A DNA stretch of 64,000 bases, from NCBI GenBank assembly GCA_964016885.1, contig OZ024757.1, forward strand, positions 4,464,001 to 4,528,000, given 5' to 3'. The notes under the pieces are model-generated. The model saw nothing but the letters and a program-made list of their open reading frames with translations, did not search any database and was not told the origin of the DNA. Source of the DNA: Eledone cirrhosa. Lineage: Eukaryota. Shown in pieces: positions 24,740 through 37,930 of this stretch; within the stretch, counting starts at the first letter, position 1, and every line of letters starts with the position of its first letter. The translations under genes and the position numbers were made by a program.

Positions 24740-27700
24740 GATGAAACTAAACCAAGGAACTTCAGAGAATAGAGATAAATATCCAGACAAGATTGATGGT
24801 ATAAACATGGCCGACATCTCATTAACGGATGAATTCAACAACAACAACACAAATATATACGGCAACACTACAGTCGACTCTGATGAATTATCGATACTAC
24901 AGCTACCACCTAAATATGCCACATAAATAAGGTAAATATGATAAGATGCTTGTCAGAAATAGAAAAATCATTTACAAAATAACGTTGGAGCCTAAAAGAC
25001 AACAAAAACAAAAACAAAAGTAACAATATACGCGCACATACACACACATACAACACACATCCCAACAACAACAGACACACAGACACAATCAACGATAACA
25101 ACAACAACACACACATCAACAATAATAACATACTCAGAGACAACAACAGACACACAGACACAAACAACAATAACAACACACAACAATAATAACATACACG
25201 GAGACAACAACAACAACAACAACACACATCAACAACAGCACACATCAACAACAACAACAACACACACATCCTATACCTCTCACCACCACCACAATCTTAA
25301 CAAACACACATACACAGAAAACAGATGATGACAGTAACACAGAAGTAAGGGAAGGTAATAGGATTGAAAGAAGGGAGACTGTCGATACTGACAGAAAAAA
25401 TAACCACGACGAACACACAGACACACAAAATAGAGTAGATAATAACAATGAGCCAGAGGAAAGAGTCAAGAGTAATAATGAGAGACATAGAAACAACCAT
25501 GAGGCTGTTGGTGGAAATAGAAATAGAAACAACACAACTAACAATAACAATAGCAATAGTACACATAAAGCAGCAGCCTGGAATTCTACTTTTTATAATC
25601 CTTTCGATATGTCGTTTGACCTACGACGAGTCCACGCCACGGCTTTAGCTTTTAACAAACGTACGCAATTGCCGTCGCAGGTCGATGAACAAACAGAAGC
25701 ACAATTTAGTATAGCTAGATCTAAACTTAGAAATATTATAGAATAGTATAACAAGAAGCAAAATAGAATGGAGGCCCAGCAACTGGGAGAAAAATCTGCA
25801 AATGGCTTGCGTAAGCTCATGCAGCGCTCGCGTAATGGAGAGATTGCATGCTTTCCAACAGACAAGTCTGGCAGAATGTCGGTTGACAGTCTGTCAAACT
25901 ACATCAAGACAATGCAACCACACATCACTAACACAAGAGAAGTAACACCACAAGAGCATGAGGATATGGAGAAAACCCTCAATGTCCATATGATGATGTG
26001 GACAAACATAATGCAGCCCAATAAAAGGACTGCCAACAACTTCCAGGCATGGAACACTGACGTGCCAGCATTGTATGGGCTTCGAAAAGACCATAAGACG
26101 AACAGTGACCCTGTCACAGGACCACCAACACGCCCAGTCTGTGGAGCTAACATTGCTAGTAACTACAGACTTTCCTACTTCCTCTCCCTGATAATACGCC
26201 CCATCATTGAAATGTCTCCAGATATATGTGACAGCAGGAAGGACCTCCTCAGCAGAATCGGCGAAAATAACCGATCTAGGGACCTAACAAACTGTATAAT
26301 AGGTAGTATGGATCTTGTGTCCCTATATCCATCCATTGACGTGGATTTTTCTGTGAAGAAATGCGTAGAAATGATCAGTGAGAGCAATGTTGAATTCCGT
26401 GGGATTGAAACCAGTGAGCTGGGACTCCTACTTAAACTTACCTATAGTAATGATTAGCAACCTGTGCCCTACAAGACCAGCAAGAGGCAGACCACCTACC
26501 ATTACCTCAATGGCCAAGAAAACCCACACAGAAAGATGGAACGGGTGGACCAGAGCCATACGGAACCCTGAAAACCACGATGAACTAAAGAAAATGATTG
26601 CACATGCGGTGGGGGCCTGTATAAAACTAACCCTTAAGGAACATATGTTCAAATTTAATGGAAAAACATATGCCCAAGAGGAGGGAGCAGCCATTGATGT
26701 TAGCATTGCAGGTGACATAGCTAACCTATTCATGGTATGGTGGGACAATAAACTTAAACTTAAACTTAAAGAAAAATTAGAAGACAGCGACCTCTTAACC
26801 CTGATAATGTACTCCCGCTACGTTGATGATATATACATCGTAGTAAAAACACCCCCACTAGAGAACAGTCAGAAATTAGAAAAAAACACCATGGAAAGCA
26901 TCCAGCAAATAGCTAACTCCATCCACCAGAGTATTAGAGTTACTATAGACTACCCAAGCAAACACCCCAACCATCGATTACCTGTACTAGACACAGAGCT
27001 CTGGTTAGAAACCATTAATAACAAAAAACAAATCCTCCATTCCCATTATGCCAAACCCATTTTTTCCAAATATCTGATCCACCGCATCTCAGCTATTTTG
27101 GACCATACCAAAATCAACATACTGATTGCGGATTTGGTACGGGTGATGAGAAACGTGTCCGCATGTGCAACACCAAAGAACTAGACAGACACATACAACA
27201 CTTCATCCACCGTATGCAGTTCTCTGGTTACAATCAGAGAGATAAAATCAGAGTATAGAGGAGCCAGAACCAAATGGGAAAAAATGGTAAATAATGATAC
27301 AAATGGGACCTGCCCCTTGTATAGGAGCAAATTTTGGAATAGAATAGATAGAACTAGGAATAAGATTAATAGAATAAACTCATGGTATCATAGCAATAAA
27401 TACCAGAGTGTAATGTTCATCAATACGAACCCTAGAGGTGAATTAGCTTACAAATTTAGAAGGACCCTATACAAACTTAAACTTAATATTAAGATAGTAG
27501 AAAGACCAGGTACCTCTATAAAAACACTTAATAGTAATACATATCCTTTTCAAAGACCTCCCCGTATAGATAAGAAATACATAATATGTAAACTAAGCAC
27601 CCATATTGACTATAATACTAGAAATGTAGTATATAGCATAAGATGTACTGAAGGACAAAGTAAAGATAATAATATAGTGTACATAGGTGAGACAGCTCGT

Positions 27701-28310
27701 AGTATAGGAGAACGGTTAAATGAACACTGGCGAGAGCTTCAAGATAAAAAAGTATCATCAATACTCCACCAACATGCTAAAATAGAACATAAGGGCAAAT
27801 TAGAGAACATAGAAATAAAAATAGAATCTACACACAGAAAAGACGCAATGTTTAGACAAATCACAGAGGCAATAAACATAAATGAACTCCAACCAAAATT
27901 AAATAGAAAACATGAATGGAATAGCAACATCACAACTTACAATTAAGGACAAAATGAAAACACGCACACAGATAGAACAAACAACCAACCAGTAACATGT
28001 AAATAAACAAATAAAAACAGACACAGACACCCGGATGTAACACATGCGCAAACTAAGCAAACAAAAACAAGATGGCGTAGGACAGAAAAAAAGGAGAGGC
28101 ACAAAACAAAGAAAAGAATCCCCAGTAACTGAAGAGGTCACAGAATGTGTGACGAAAGAACTTTGACAATATATGAACAACCAACCGGAAATTTATTTTT
28201 TTTTAAATAAATTAGAAATTTTTTTTTATTTTTTATTTATAATAAATAGGAGTTAATCAACTGGTGCGTGTGTTTCTTATTGGAAACATGACCCTCCCAA
28301 AGTATAACAA
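24737..28310 (+). mobile_element. Penelope-like element 1, Naiad-like, degenerate
   Basis: PTDKSG, LYGLRKDHK, PPTRPVC, MDLVSLYPSI, GAAI, RYVDD, LPVLDT, HYAKP, PLYRSKFW, VVYSIRC..YIGETARS..ER..EH (GIY-YIG). Several stops and frameshifts. Ends at (TA)n. The clade call is from recalled motifs. Confidence 0.85.
28125..28167 (+). ncRNA. Minimal type I hammerhead ribozyme in the pLTR of PLE 1
   Basis: CTGAAGA-g-GTCAC-agaatgt-GTGAC-GAAA-G-aa-CTT-tgac. The inverted pLTR copy (24172-24214) has core mutations CCGAAGA and AAAA. Confidence 0.7.
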
Positions 28311-28348
28311 TATATATATATATATATACATATGTATATATATATGTG

Positions 28349-28950
28349 TGTGGTCCCAGGGTTACTTACTCCAGTAAGCACCACCGGATCCCAACTACTA
28401 AATTTAATCGAAATATGAGATAGAATTTTCATACAATATCAGGCTAGGCCGTGCGAGAATTATCTCTCACTACTAGAAGTAATGACTGAAAACGTAACGA
28501 GTTTCTCAAAACGAGTATCAAATATAAACTTGCATTTATTGTAGTACATGTTACAAAGGTGGTAAACAAATATCCTCGTGGCATAACGTGGCATAATCCT
28601 GAACCATGAGATGGTGTTGAAAAAAGATTATCATGCTTGCGCTCGATGTGATCAGTGTGAGGAAAGCCGCCAAAAAGAGGAAGATGGATTTGAGTTCCCT
28701 CTTTTATAATCCCTTGACCGGAAGTTAGAAGGAAGGTTCTAGAATTTCAACGGGAAGTAACTCTATCTACTTCCCTTGTCTAGAGAGCGCCACAAGACTC
28801 CCCTCTCAAACGAGAAGTCGAATAACCAATCGAAGATCATTGTAGCGAGAACCCGTAAGAAATGAGGAGCAAAACAAAAGGTACAAGAGAATAAATGAAC
28901 AAAAGAGAACATGAGCAAGCCAATAGCAAAAATGAGCATAAAACAAGTAA
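28349..28950 (-). mobile_element. Second Gypsy 3' end (about 160 bp internal sequence, PPT and full LTR), inverted relative to the first
   Basis: Reverse complement of 23167-23770 with few differences in the LTR. TGTGG...CCACA termini. The 3' end abuts a TA-rich microsatellite. Confidence 0.88.
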
Positions 28951-28957
28951 TGTGAAA

Positions 28958-29065
28958 CAACTGGTGCGTGTGTTTCTTATTGGCAACATGACCCTCCAAA
29001 AGTATAACAATATCGGTTTCAAAACACGTTTTCAGATAAAGAATCTTACTAAACAAATTCAGAAA
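28958..29065 (+). mobile_element. Short fragment of PLE 1 covering the 5' UTR and ORF start
   Basis: Matches 28258-28310 and extends as MTLQKYNNIGFKTRFQIKNL, homologous to the PLE 2 start MTLPKYNNICFDTRFH. Confidence 0.7.
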
Positions 29066-29099
29066 CGAAATATATATATATACATATATGTAGAAGTTC

Positions 29100-29448
29100 T
29101 ATTTAAATTGTTGGGATACAAGAAGCAAATATTTTTATAACAAAATAAAGCACTCAACAAATTATTGGAGTAAAATTACGATATATTAACAAATGGAAAC
29201 TATATTTATAAAACCATATTTATTTCATTATATATATTTGAAGGACACCAAGTTAAATTATGGTGTGCTTTCATCAGATAAAATATAATATAGAGCAGTT
29301 TTATAAATAAATATTGACATACCCTTAAAGAATGCAACCATTTCTGTTGGAAGCTCCCGGATAGTTGGGTTATAAATTTATTTATACTATTATGTAAATT
29401 AGTTTCGGATATTTTAAAATCAGAGTAGATTTAAATAAGCCGGTGGGT

Positions 29449-29506
<58 letters not shown>

Positions 29507-30839
29507 AGAGATAGAAAAAAGAGAAAAAAAGAGAAAAAAGAGCAAACTCTAAGAGGAGAATAAGAAAAATAAGAAAAGGAGAAAGAGAAGAAAAAAGATA
29601 AGAGAAAAGAGAAAGCGAAAGCTCTAAGTGATAGGTTGTTGTATTAGCTTAACTTTTGAGATGAAGTGAAGGAATAAATATTTAATGGATGAGTAGAGAA
29701 ATGTAAATAAGCGTGAATGGAAAATACATAAATAATAGGAGAATGTTAACCATTGTTTAGGATTAAATGTTTAGTTTATCAATTAAATTATTGAGATCTA
29801 TACATTAAAAATTAAGATTTATATATTATTGAGACTATATATTATTAAAAAATCTATATATTATTAAAAGAATATATTCATATATCTACATACGTACACG
29901 CAGATATATATATATATATACATATAAATATATATACATATTCCTACATATAGATACATATACATACATACAAACAATAAAGGATTTTTTAATTTAAGAT
30001 ATAGGAATTTTCATAAACTTATAGATTTTTCGGAGAAAAACTCAGAAAAAAACAGAGAAAATCATTTCTATGTAATATCGAAACAGCGTGAAGGAAATTA
30101 AGTTATTTACTTATATTAAATGTTACAAATGTTAAGATAGTAAAGGAAATTTTAGGTTATACAAACCTTATGTTATTATACAAATTTTTCATATAAGTTT
30201 TATATCTAATAAATCCACCTGTTATGTAGTTGTGACTGTTATTATATAAGTTTGTTTATCACGAACCTTAAGAAAATCCTTATAAACGAGTGCATTCGAA
30301 TTGTATGCATATATATATACACACACAGTCTCCACATAGATACACATAGACGTACTTACACATACAGGTAGATATGCATCACACATATATATATACATAC
30401 ATATACACACACATATATATATATATATACATACATATATACACACATACATATATATAGAGAGATATATAAATACAGTACATAGTATAATTGAAGTACA
30501 TAATATATATAATATAAAATAAAATAAAATAAAATAAAAATTAATTATATTACGATTTGGAAATATACTTATAAGCAATATAACTTTAAATCAATATAAT
30601 TTTAAAAAGTATTATAAAATATTTCAAGTTATAATTTTAAAATAAGAATATGTTTAATAGATTCAGTATAAAAATTTAAATTTTCTATATAATATTTAGT
30701 TCTCAGTATGTTTAACTTAATTTTATAGCCATAAGAAAAAGAAAGAGAAACTTTCAGAAAAGAAACTTTCAAAAATAGGAGAAACTTTCAAATAAAATAT
30801 TTTCCCCTTTTAAGAGCTTTCAGTATGTTTCGCTAGAAG

Positions 30840-30870
<31 letters not shown>

Positions 30871-31258
30871 TATTTTTATTTTTATTTTTATTTTTATTTA
30901 TATTTAGGAAAAAAAATGTTTTAACTTGAGAGTTTAAGCAGTCAAATGAAGAAATCTAATGATTTATCGATAGGTTCAATATATTAATAGAATTAATTAA
31001 TTATATATTACATTTTAAATTTATATTTAAACGTTGAGTTCAATCTATGTCTGCAGCAACTGAATAAATTGTTCCTTAGGTTCAGGGAATTTTTGGTCTT
31101 TAATATAAAGAATGTTTCCTCTATACAAAGATCACAATTTTCTGAAGAGGAGTTAAAATGAGTAGCTTTTGAAATAATATTCCAAAGCAACGAATATTTA
31201 ACGTTCTTTAATTTGAGGTCCCATAATAAGCTACATAGAGAAGTTGAAGATTTTTTGT
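29100..31258 (-). mobile_element. AT-rich Penelope-like 3' end with long 3' UTR
   Basis: 31008-31258 encodes [37 protein letters not shown] hammerhead-like motif lies about 1.7 kb downstream. Linking the two is inference. Confidence 0.65.
29221..29285 (-). ncRNA. Type I hammerhead ribozyme, core mutated (GAAA to CAAA)
   Basis: tattttat-CTGATGA-aag-c-acacca-loop-tggtgt-c-ctt-CAAA-tatata-TA-atgaaata. Confidence 0.7.
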
Positions 31259-31259
31259 T

Positions 31260-31543
<284 letters not shown>

Positions 31544-31546
31544 AGT

Positions 31547-34236
31547 TTTGCGAGGTTTTTTTATATGAAATCGTGTGTCGAAACAAATATTGTTATACTT
31601 GGGGAGGGTCATATTTGTGTAATATTGCCAGAATTAATAACAGAATACACTCACTGTTTGGTTGGTTTTCGCTTCTGTGTCTTTTATATCGGTAATCTAA
31701 TTTATTCGGTCCTCAATGTTGCCATTGACTGACCGACGGTCAAAAATAATACAGATACAATATAGACACAAACACATATATATAGTTTATCAAAGTTCTT
31801 TCGTTGCACATCTGCAACATCGTCAGTGGTGCTATTGTTTCCTCCCGTTACATTGTATGTCTACGCCATTTTTATTTAGTCTGTCTATATATTTATTTAT
31901 TTATTTGTTTGTTTGTTTATTTTATTTTGTCTTCTTTGCGCATGCGTTTGCGTGTGTGTATAGTGTTTTGTTTGATGTGTGTTCGTGATTGGGTGACTGT
32001 GTATCGGTTAATGTATTCTATCTTTACTAGTGTGTGTTTATATGTGTTTGTTGTTATTGTGTTTGTGTATGTATTTATTTATTTATTTATCTATTTATTT
32101 ATTTATTTATTTATACTTCTCTTAGGTCAGTGTTGTTTGTTTGGGTGTTGTTGTTATTCCATTCATTCTTTCGGTTTAGTCTTGGCCTTCTAAGTTCTAT
32201 TTCACTGGCCTCTCTGATTTGCCTATCTGCTGGGTCATTTCTATGTTTAGATATTCTAATTTCTATGTTGTCTATGTTACCGTCGTGTTGTTGTCTGGCA
32301 TGTTCGTATAGTACTGACCCGTTTTTTCGTCCGTTTAGTTCCCCCCAGTGTTGGTCTATCCTTTCACCTATGCTACGAGCTGTCTCGCCTATGTATGTTG
32401 TTGTCATGTTTCTGCAAGTACCCTCTGTACATCTTATGCTATAGACTACGTTTCTAGTTTTACAGTTTATCCGGGGGTTTACCTTACATATACATTTCCT
32501 ATTAGTACAGTGGGTTTTCTTAAAAGGGTAGGTTTTGCTGATCAGGGATGTTATGGTGGTTCCTGGCTTTTCTACCACCTTAATCTTTAAGTGGGTCTTT
32601 CTCAGAGCCTTTCTACACTGGTTAGCTAATTTCCTTCCAGGGGTAGCGTCCACAAACATGTCGTACCATGAGCTGGCTTTCCCTATCTTATGTCTAGTCC
32701 TATCTAAGCTATTCCATGATTTGCTCCTGTCTAATGGGCAAATTACTTTCATGTCCAGTTCTATGAGGGTCTTATACTTCTCCATGGCTCCTTCGTATAC
32801 TCTGACTCTGTCTCTTTGGTTGTAACCAGAGAACTGCATGCGGTTGATGAAGTGTTGGATGTGTCTTTCCATTTCTGTTGGGTCGCACATGCGGGACACA
32901 TTCTTCATCACTCGTACCAAATCTGCGATCAGAATATTAAACTTAGCACTACTGGACATTGCTGAGTTTTTGAGTATCAGGTATTTGGGGGCCATGGGTT
33001 TAGCATAGTGTGGGTGGAGAATTTGGGCTCTCTCATCTATAGTGTTAATCCAGAGTTCCGTGTCTAATACAGGTAGTCTATTGTTACGGTGTTTGGAAGG
33101 GAAGTCGATAGTTACAGTTATACTCTGGTGTATGGAATTAGCTATCTTCTGGATGCTTTCCATTGTGCTACGTTCTAAATCAAACTTGTTAGTGCTCTCT
33201 AGTGGGGATGTTCTTATAACTATATTGATATCGTCTACGTAACGAGAGTACATGAGGTCTATGGAGCTCTCATTAAGGAGATCTTCAAGTCTCCTTTCCC
33301 ACCATACCATGAAAAGGTTGGCAACATCACCAGCTATGCTGACGCCAATGGCTGCTCCCTCATTTTGGGCGTAGATCTTCTCGTTAAATTTGAATCTATG
33401 GCCATTTAGGGTAGTTTTGATACTAGCCCCTATTGCATGTGCGACAATTTTTCTTACCTGATCATTGTTTTGTGGGGTCCGTATAGCTTTGGTCCACCCA
33501 ATCCATCTTCCCATGGGAGTCTTTTTTGCCATTGAGGTTATGGTGGGGGGTCTACCTCTTATGGGTCTACTAGGGCAGAAATGTCTAAGGTCATGGCTGT
33601 CTAGGTAGTCGGTGTCGTAGGTAAGTCTAAGTAGGAGGTCCAGTTCGTCTGTGTCGACGTCGCAGAACTCCACCTCACTCTCAATGATCATCTCCACACA
33701 TTTTTCCACAGCAAAATCAATGTTAATGGATGGGTACAGTGATACCACATCCATGCTGCCTATTATGCAGTTGGATAGGTTCCTGTTTTTGTTGCACTCA
33801 CTGATTCTGCTGAGGAGGTCCTCTGTACTGTCACATACATCTGGGGACATCTTAATTATGGGGCGTATAACCATTGAGAGGAAGTAGGAGATCCTGTAGT
33901 TGCTAGCTATATTAGCTCCGCATACGGGTCTTGTTGGTGGTCCTGTTGTCGGGTTGTCGACTGTCTTGTGGTTTTTGCGGAGCCCATACAAGGGTGGTAT
34001 GCCATTGTTAGACGCCTGGAAGTTGTTGGCAGTGCGTCTGCTTGGCTTTAGGATATCAGTCCACATCATCATGTGAGCGTTGAGGATATTCTCTCTCCCA
34101 TCATGTGTTTGCTGTGCAATTTCGCTCGTGTTGGTGATGTGGGGTTGCATAGCCTTGATGTAATTCGGCATGCTATCTATTGACATCCTACCAGACTTAT
34201 CCGTGGGTAGACATAATACATCACCATCCCTTGTGC
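31547..34236 (-). mobile_element. Penelope-like element 2 (Naiad-like), 3' part with pLTR
   Basis: Uninterrupted 691-aa ORF 32111-34186 with RT (MDVVSLYPSI, GAAIG, RYVDD) and GIY-YIG (VVYSIRC..YIGETARS, EHARQQH). Ends at (TA)n. Confidence 0.9.
31789..31831 (-). ncRNA. Minimal hammerhead ribozyme in the pLTR of PLE 2
   Basis: CTGACGA-t-GTTGCA-gatg-TGCAAC-GAAA-G-aa-CTT. Confidence 0.7.
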
Positions 34237-34700
34237 ACTAAACATAGAAATGACCCAGCAGATAGGCGAATCAGAGAGGCCAGTGAAATAGAACTTAGAA
34301 GGCCAAGACTAAACCGAAAGAATGAATGGAATAACAACAACACCCAAACAAACAACACTGACGTAAGAGAAGTATAAATAAATAAATAAATAAATAGATA
34401 AATAAATAAATAAATAAATAGATAAATAAATAAATAAATAAATAGATAAATAAATAAATAAATACACTAGCACAATAACAACAAACACATATAAACACAC
34501 ACTAGTAAATATAGAATACATTAACCGATACACAGTCACCCAATCACGAACACACATCAAACAAAACACTATACACACACGCAAACGCATGCGCAAATAA
34601 GACAAAATAAAATAAACAAACAAACAAATAAATAAATAAATATATAGACAGACTAAATAAAAATGGCGTAGACATACAATGTAACGGGAGGAAACAATAG

Positions 34701-34743
34701 CACCACTGACGATGTTGCAGATGTACAACGAAAGAACTTTGAT
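34701..34743 (+). ncRNA. Minimal hammerhead ribozyme in the second pLTR of PLE 2
   Basis: CTGACGA-t-GTTG-cagatgta-CAAC-GAAA-G-aa-CTT. Confidence 0.68.
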
Positions 34744-35812
34744 AAACTATATATATGTGTTTGTGTCTATATTGTATCTGTATTATTTTTGACCGTCGGT
34801 CAGTCAATGGCAACATTGAGGACCGAATAAATTAGATTACCGATATAAAAGACACAGAAGCGAAAAGCGAAAACCAACCAAACAGTGAGTGTGTTCTGTT
34901 ATTAATTCTGGCAATATTACACAAATATAACAATATTTGTTTCGACACACGATTTCATATAAAAAACCTCGCAATCTAATTCATCGCCGTTATGGCATTA
35001 GCTTGTGCCAAGCTGAAAGGTTATTGAAAGACACTGTTTTCTGTTATATAAAAACTACAATAACAACAGAACAAATCCGCATCTTAAAACACTGTGTTTC
35101 CTCCAAAATATACACAACAAACATATCAAAACAAGTAAATAATTTATTATTGAACAAAACACAAGCTGAACGACTAAAACACACAATAACAGTTAATATG
35201 AAAAGAACAACATACACAAAAGTCAACGAACTTTACAGACAGAAACGCATTAACGGTAAGCAAGTCCAAAATCTCACCACACCAAACGAAAGGGATGACT
35301 TCATGAGCGTCATCCGACGTGAAACGAAATACGCCCGAAACGAATGCAATAGGCATTTCAATAAGAAATTAGAATGGATGAATAAGAAAAAACTACAAGA
35401 AAGGAAAATAGAATATTCTCAAAAATACCCAGATAACATCAACAATATCCGTATGACTGATGTAAAACTACCGGAAGAATTTACCAATGACCACACAGTA
35501 AATATTTATGGGAACACTTTAATCAGTGAACAAGAACAACAAATCCTGCAGCTACCACCAAAATTTGCCATCTACAAAAAGATTAACCCTATTGAGTGCA
35601 AAACGGAGCTGGAAAAGTGTTTCACAAAAATACGTTGGAATGCAAAAGTAAACAACAACAATAACAACAATAATAACGGTAGTAGTAATATAAACAATAA
35701 CTCTGAGTATAGAAATAACAGCCATAACAATAACAGGAGAGTGAGAAATAGTAATAATGGTAATAATACTAACGATAGACAGAACAACAACAACAACCAC
35801 AATAATAATAAT

Positions 35813-35998
35813 AATTGTTTCTACTTTTGGCACAAGGCCAGCAATTACCCAGTGTATTACTGGTACTTTATTTTATCGACCCCATAAGGATGAAAGGCAA
35901 AGTTAACCTCGGCTGGATTTGAACTCAGAATGGCAAGGGCCGTAACTCTATGCGTCAAAGCATGGCGTCCGACCCTCTACCGATACTGCAAATCCACT
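35813..35998 (-). mobile_element. tRNA-related SINE (same family as 12173-12355) inside PLE 2
   Basis: Its reverse complement closely matches 12173-12355. Sits in an (AAT/AAC)n tract. Confidence 0.85.
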
Positions 35999-37531
35999 AG
36001 AAACATTAAACACAGACACAGCAGCAGCGACCACAGTAGCAATAACGGTAACAATACGAACAACAACAACAATAACCTCATTGGTAATAATGGAAATAAT
36101 ACATGTAGCAACATTAATGATAGACACAACAAAAACAAGAAACATAATAAAAGTAACAACCACAATGGTAGAAATAACAGTAACAACAACAACAACAATA
36201 ACGGTGAAGTAAACAACAATACATCTAGCAATCATAACAATAATAATAATGCTAATGATAGGAACAACAACCACCATGATAACAATAATAGCAACACACA
36301 CAACTATGACGATAGATATAATGACAACCCCTTAGAGAAACTATTTTTCAACCCAGCTGACAAAACATAAAAGATGGGTAATATCTATCCTACGAGGTTA
36401 CCCTTTAATAAAAGAATTTGCATACCACAACAAATAGATGACGAGACAGAGGCACAGTTCACCATAGCTAGAAATAAGATTAGACAAATAGTAGACCGGT
36501 ATACTAAGAGATAGAGCAGACCAGAGGCCCAACAACTTGGGAGGAAACCTGTAGAAGGCTTGGTTAGCCTCAAGCAGCGCACAAGGGATGGTGAGGTAGT
36601 ATGTCTACCCACGGATAAGTCTCGTAGGATGTCAATAGATAGCATGCCGAACTACATCAAGGCTATGAAACCCCACATCACCAACACGAGCGAAATTGCA
36701 CAGCAAACACATGATGAGAGAGATAAAATCCTCAACGCTCACATGATGATGTGGACTGACATCCTAAAGCCAAGCAGACACACTGCCAACAACTTCCAGG
36801 CGTCTAACAATGGCATACCACCCTTGTATGGGCTCCGCAAAGACCACAAGTCAGTCGATGACCCGACAACAGGACCGCCAACAAGACCCGTTTGCGGAGC
36901 TAATATAGCTAGCAACTATAGGATCTCCTACTTCCTCTCAATGGTTATACGCCCCATAATCAAGATGTCCCCAGATGTATGTGACAGTACAGAGGACCTC
37001 CTCAGCAGAATCAGTGAGTGCAACAAAAACAGGAACCTATCCAACTGCATAATAGGCAGCATGGATGTGGTGTCACTGTACCCATCCATTAACATTGATT
37101 TTTCTGTGGAAAAATGTGGGGAGATGATCATTGAGAGTGAGGTGTAGTTCTGCGACATCGACACAGACGAACTGGCCTCCTACTTAGACTTACCTACGAC
37201 ACCGACTACCTAGACAGCCATGACCTTAGATGTTTCTGCCCTAGAAGACCCATAAGAGGTAGACCCCCCACCATAACCTCAATGGCAAAAAAGACTCCCA
37301 TGGGAAGATGGATTGGGTAGACCAAAGCTATACGGACCCCCCAAAACAATGATCAGGTAAGAAAAATGGTTGCACATGCAATAGGGGCTAGTATCAAAAC
37401 TACCCTACACCCAAAATGAGGGAGCAGCCATTGGCGTCAGCATAGCTGGTGATGTTGCCAACCTTTTCATGGTATTGTGGGAAAGGAGACTTGAAGATCT
37501 CCTTAATGAGAGCTCCATAGACCTCATCATG

Positions 37532-37930
<399 letters not shown>

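Larger units (their letters stand above)
34237..37531 (+). mobile_element. Penelope-like element 2, 5' part (pLTR, N-terminal region, partial RT), head-to-head with the minus copy
   Basis: 34238-34973 is an inverted copy of 31547-32251, and 36577-37531 is an inverted copy of about 33250-34236 with a short internal deletion. Truncated at (TA)n. Confidence 0.88.

Noticed and set aside
32111-34186. Selenoprotein-type Naiad with in-frame UGA codons
   Set aside because: The ORF is open through the RT and GIY-YIG domains with ordinary Cys codons, so no UGA recoding is needed in the region visible.
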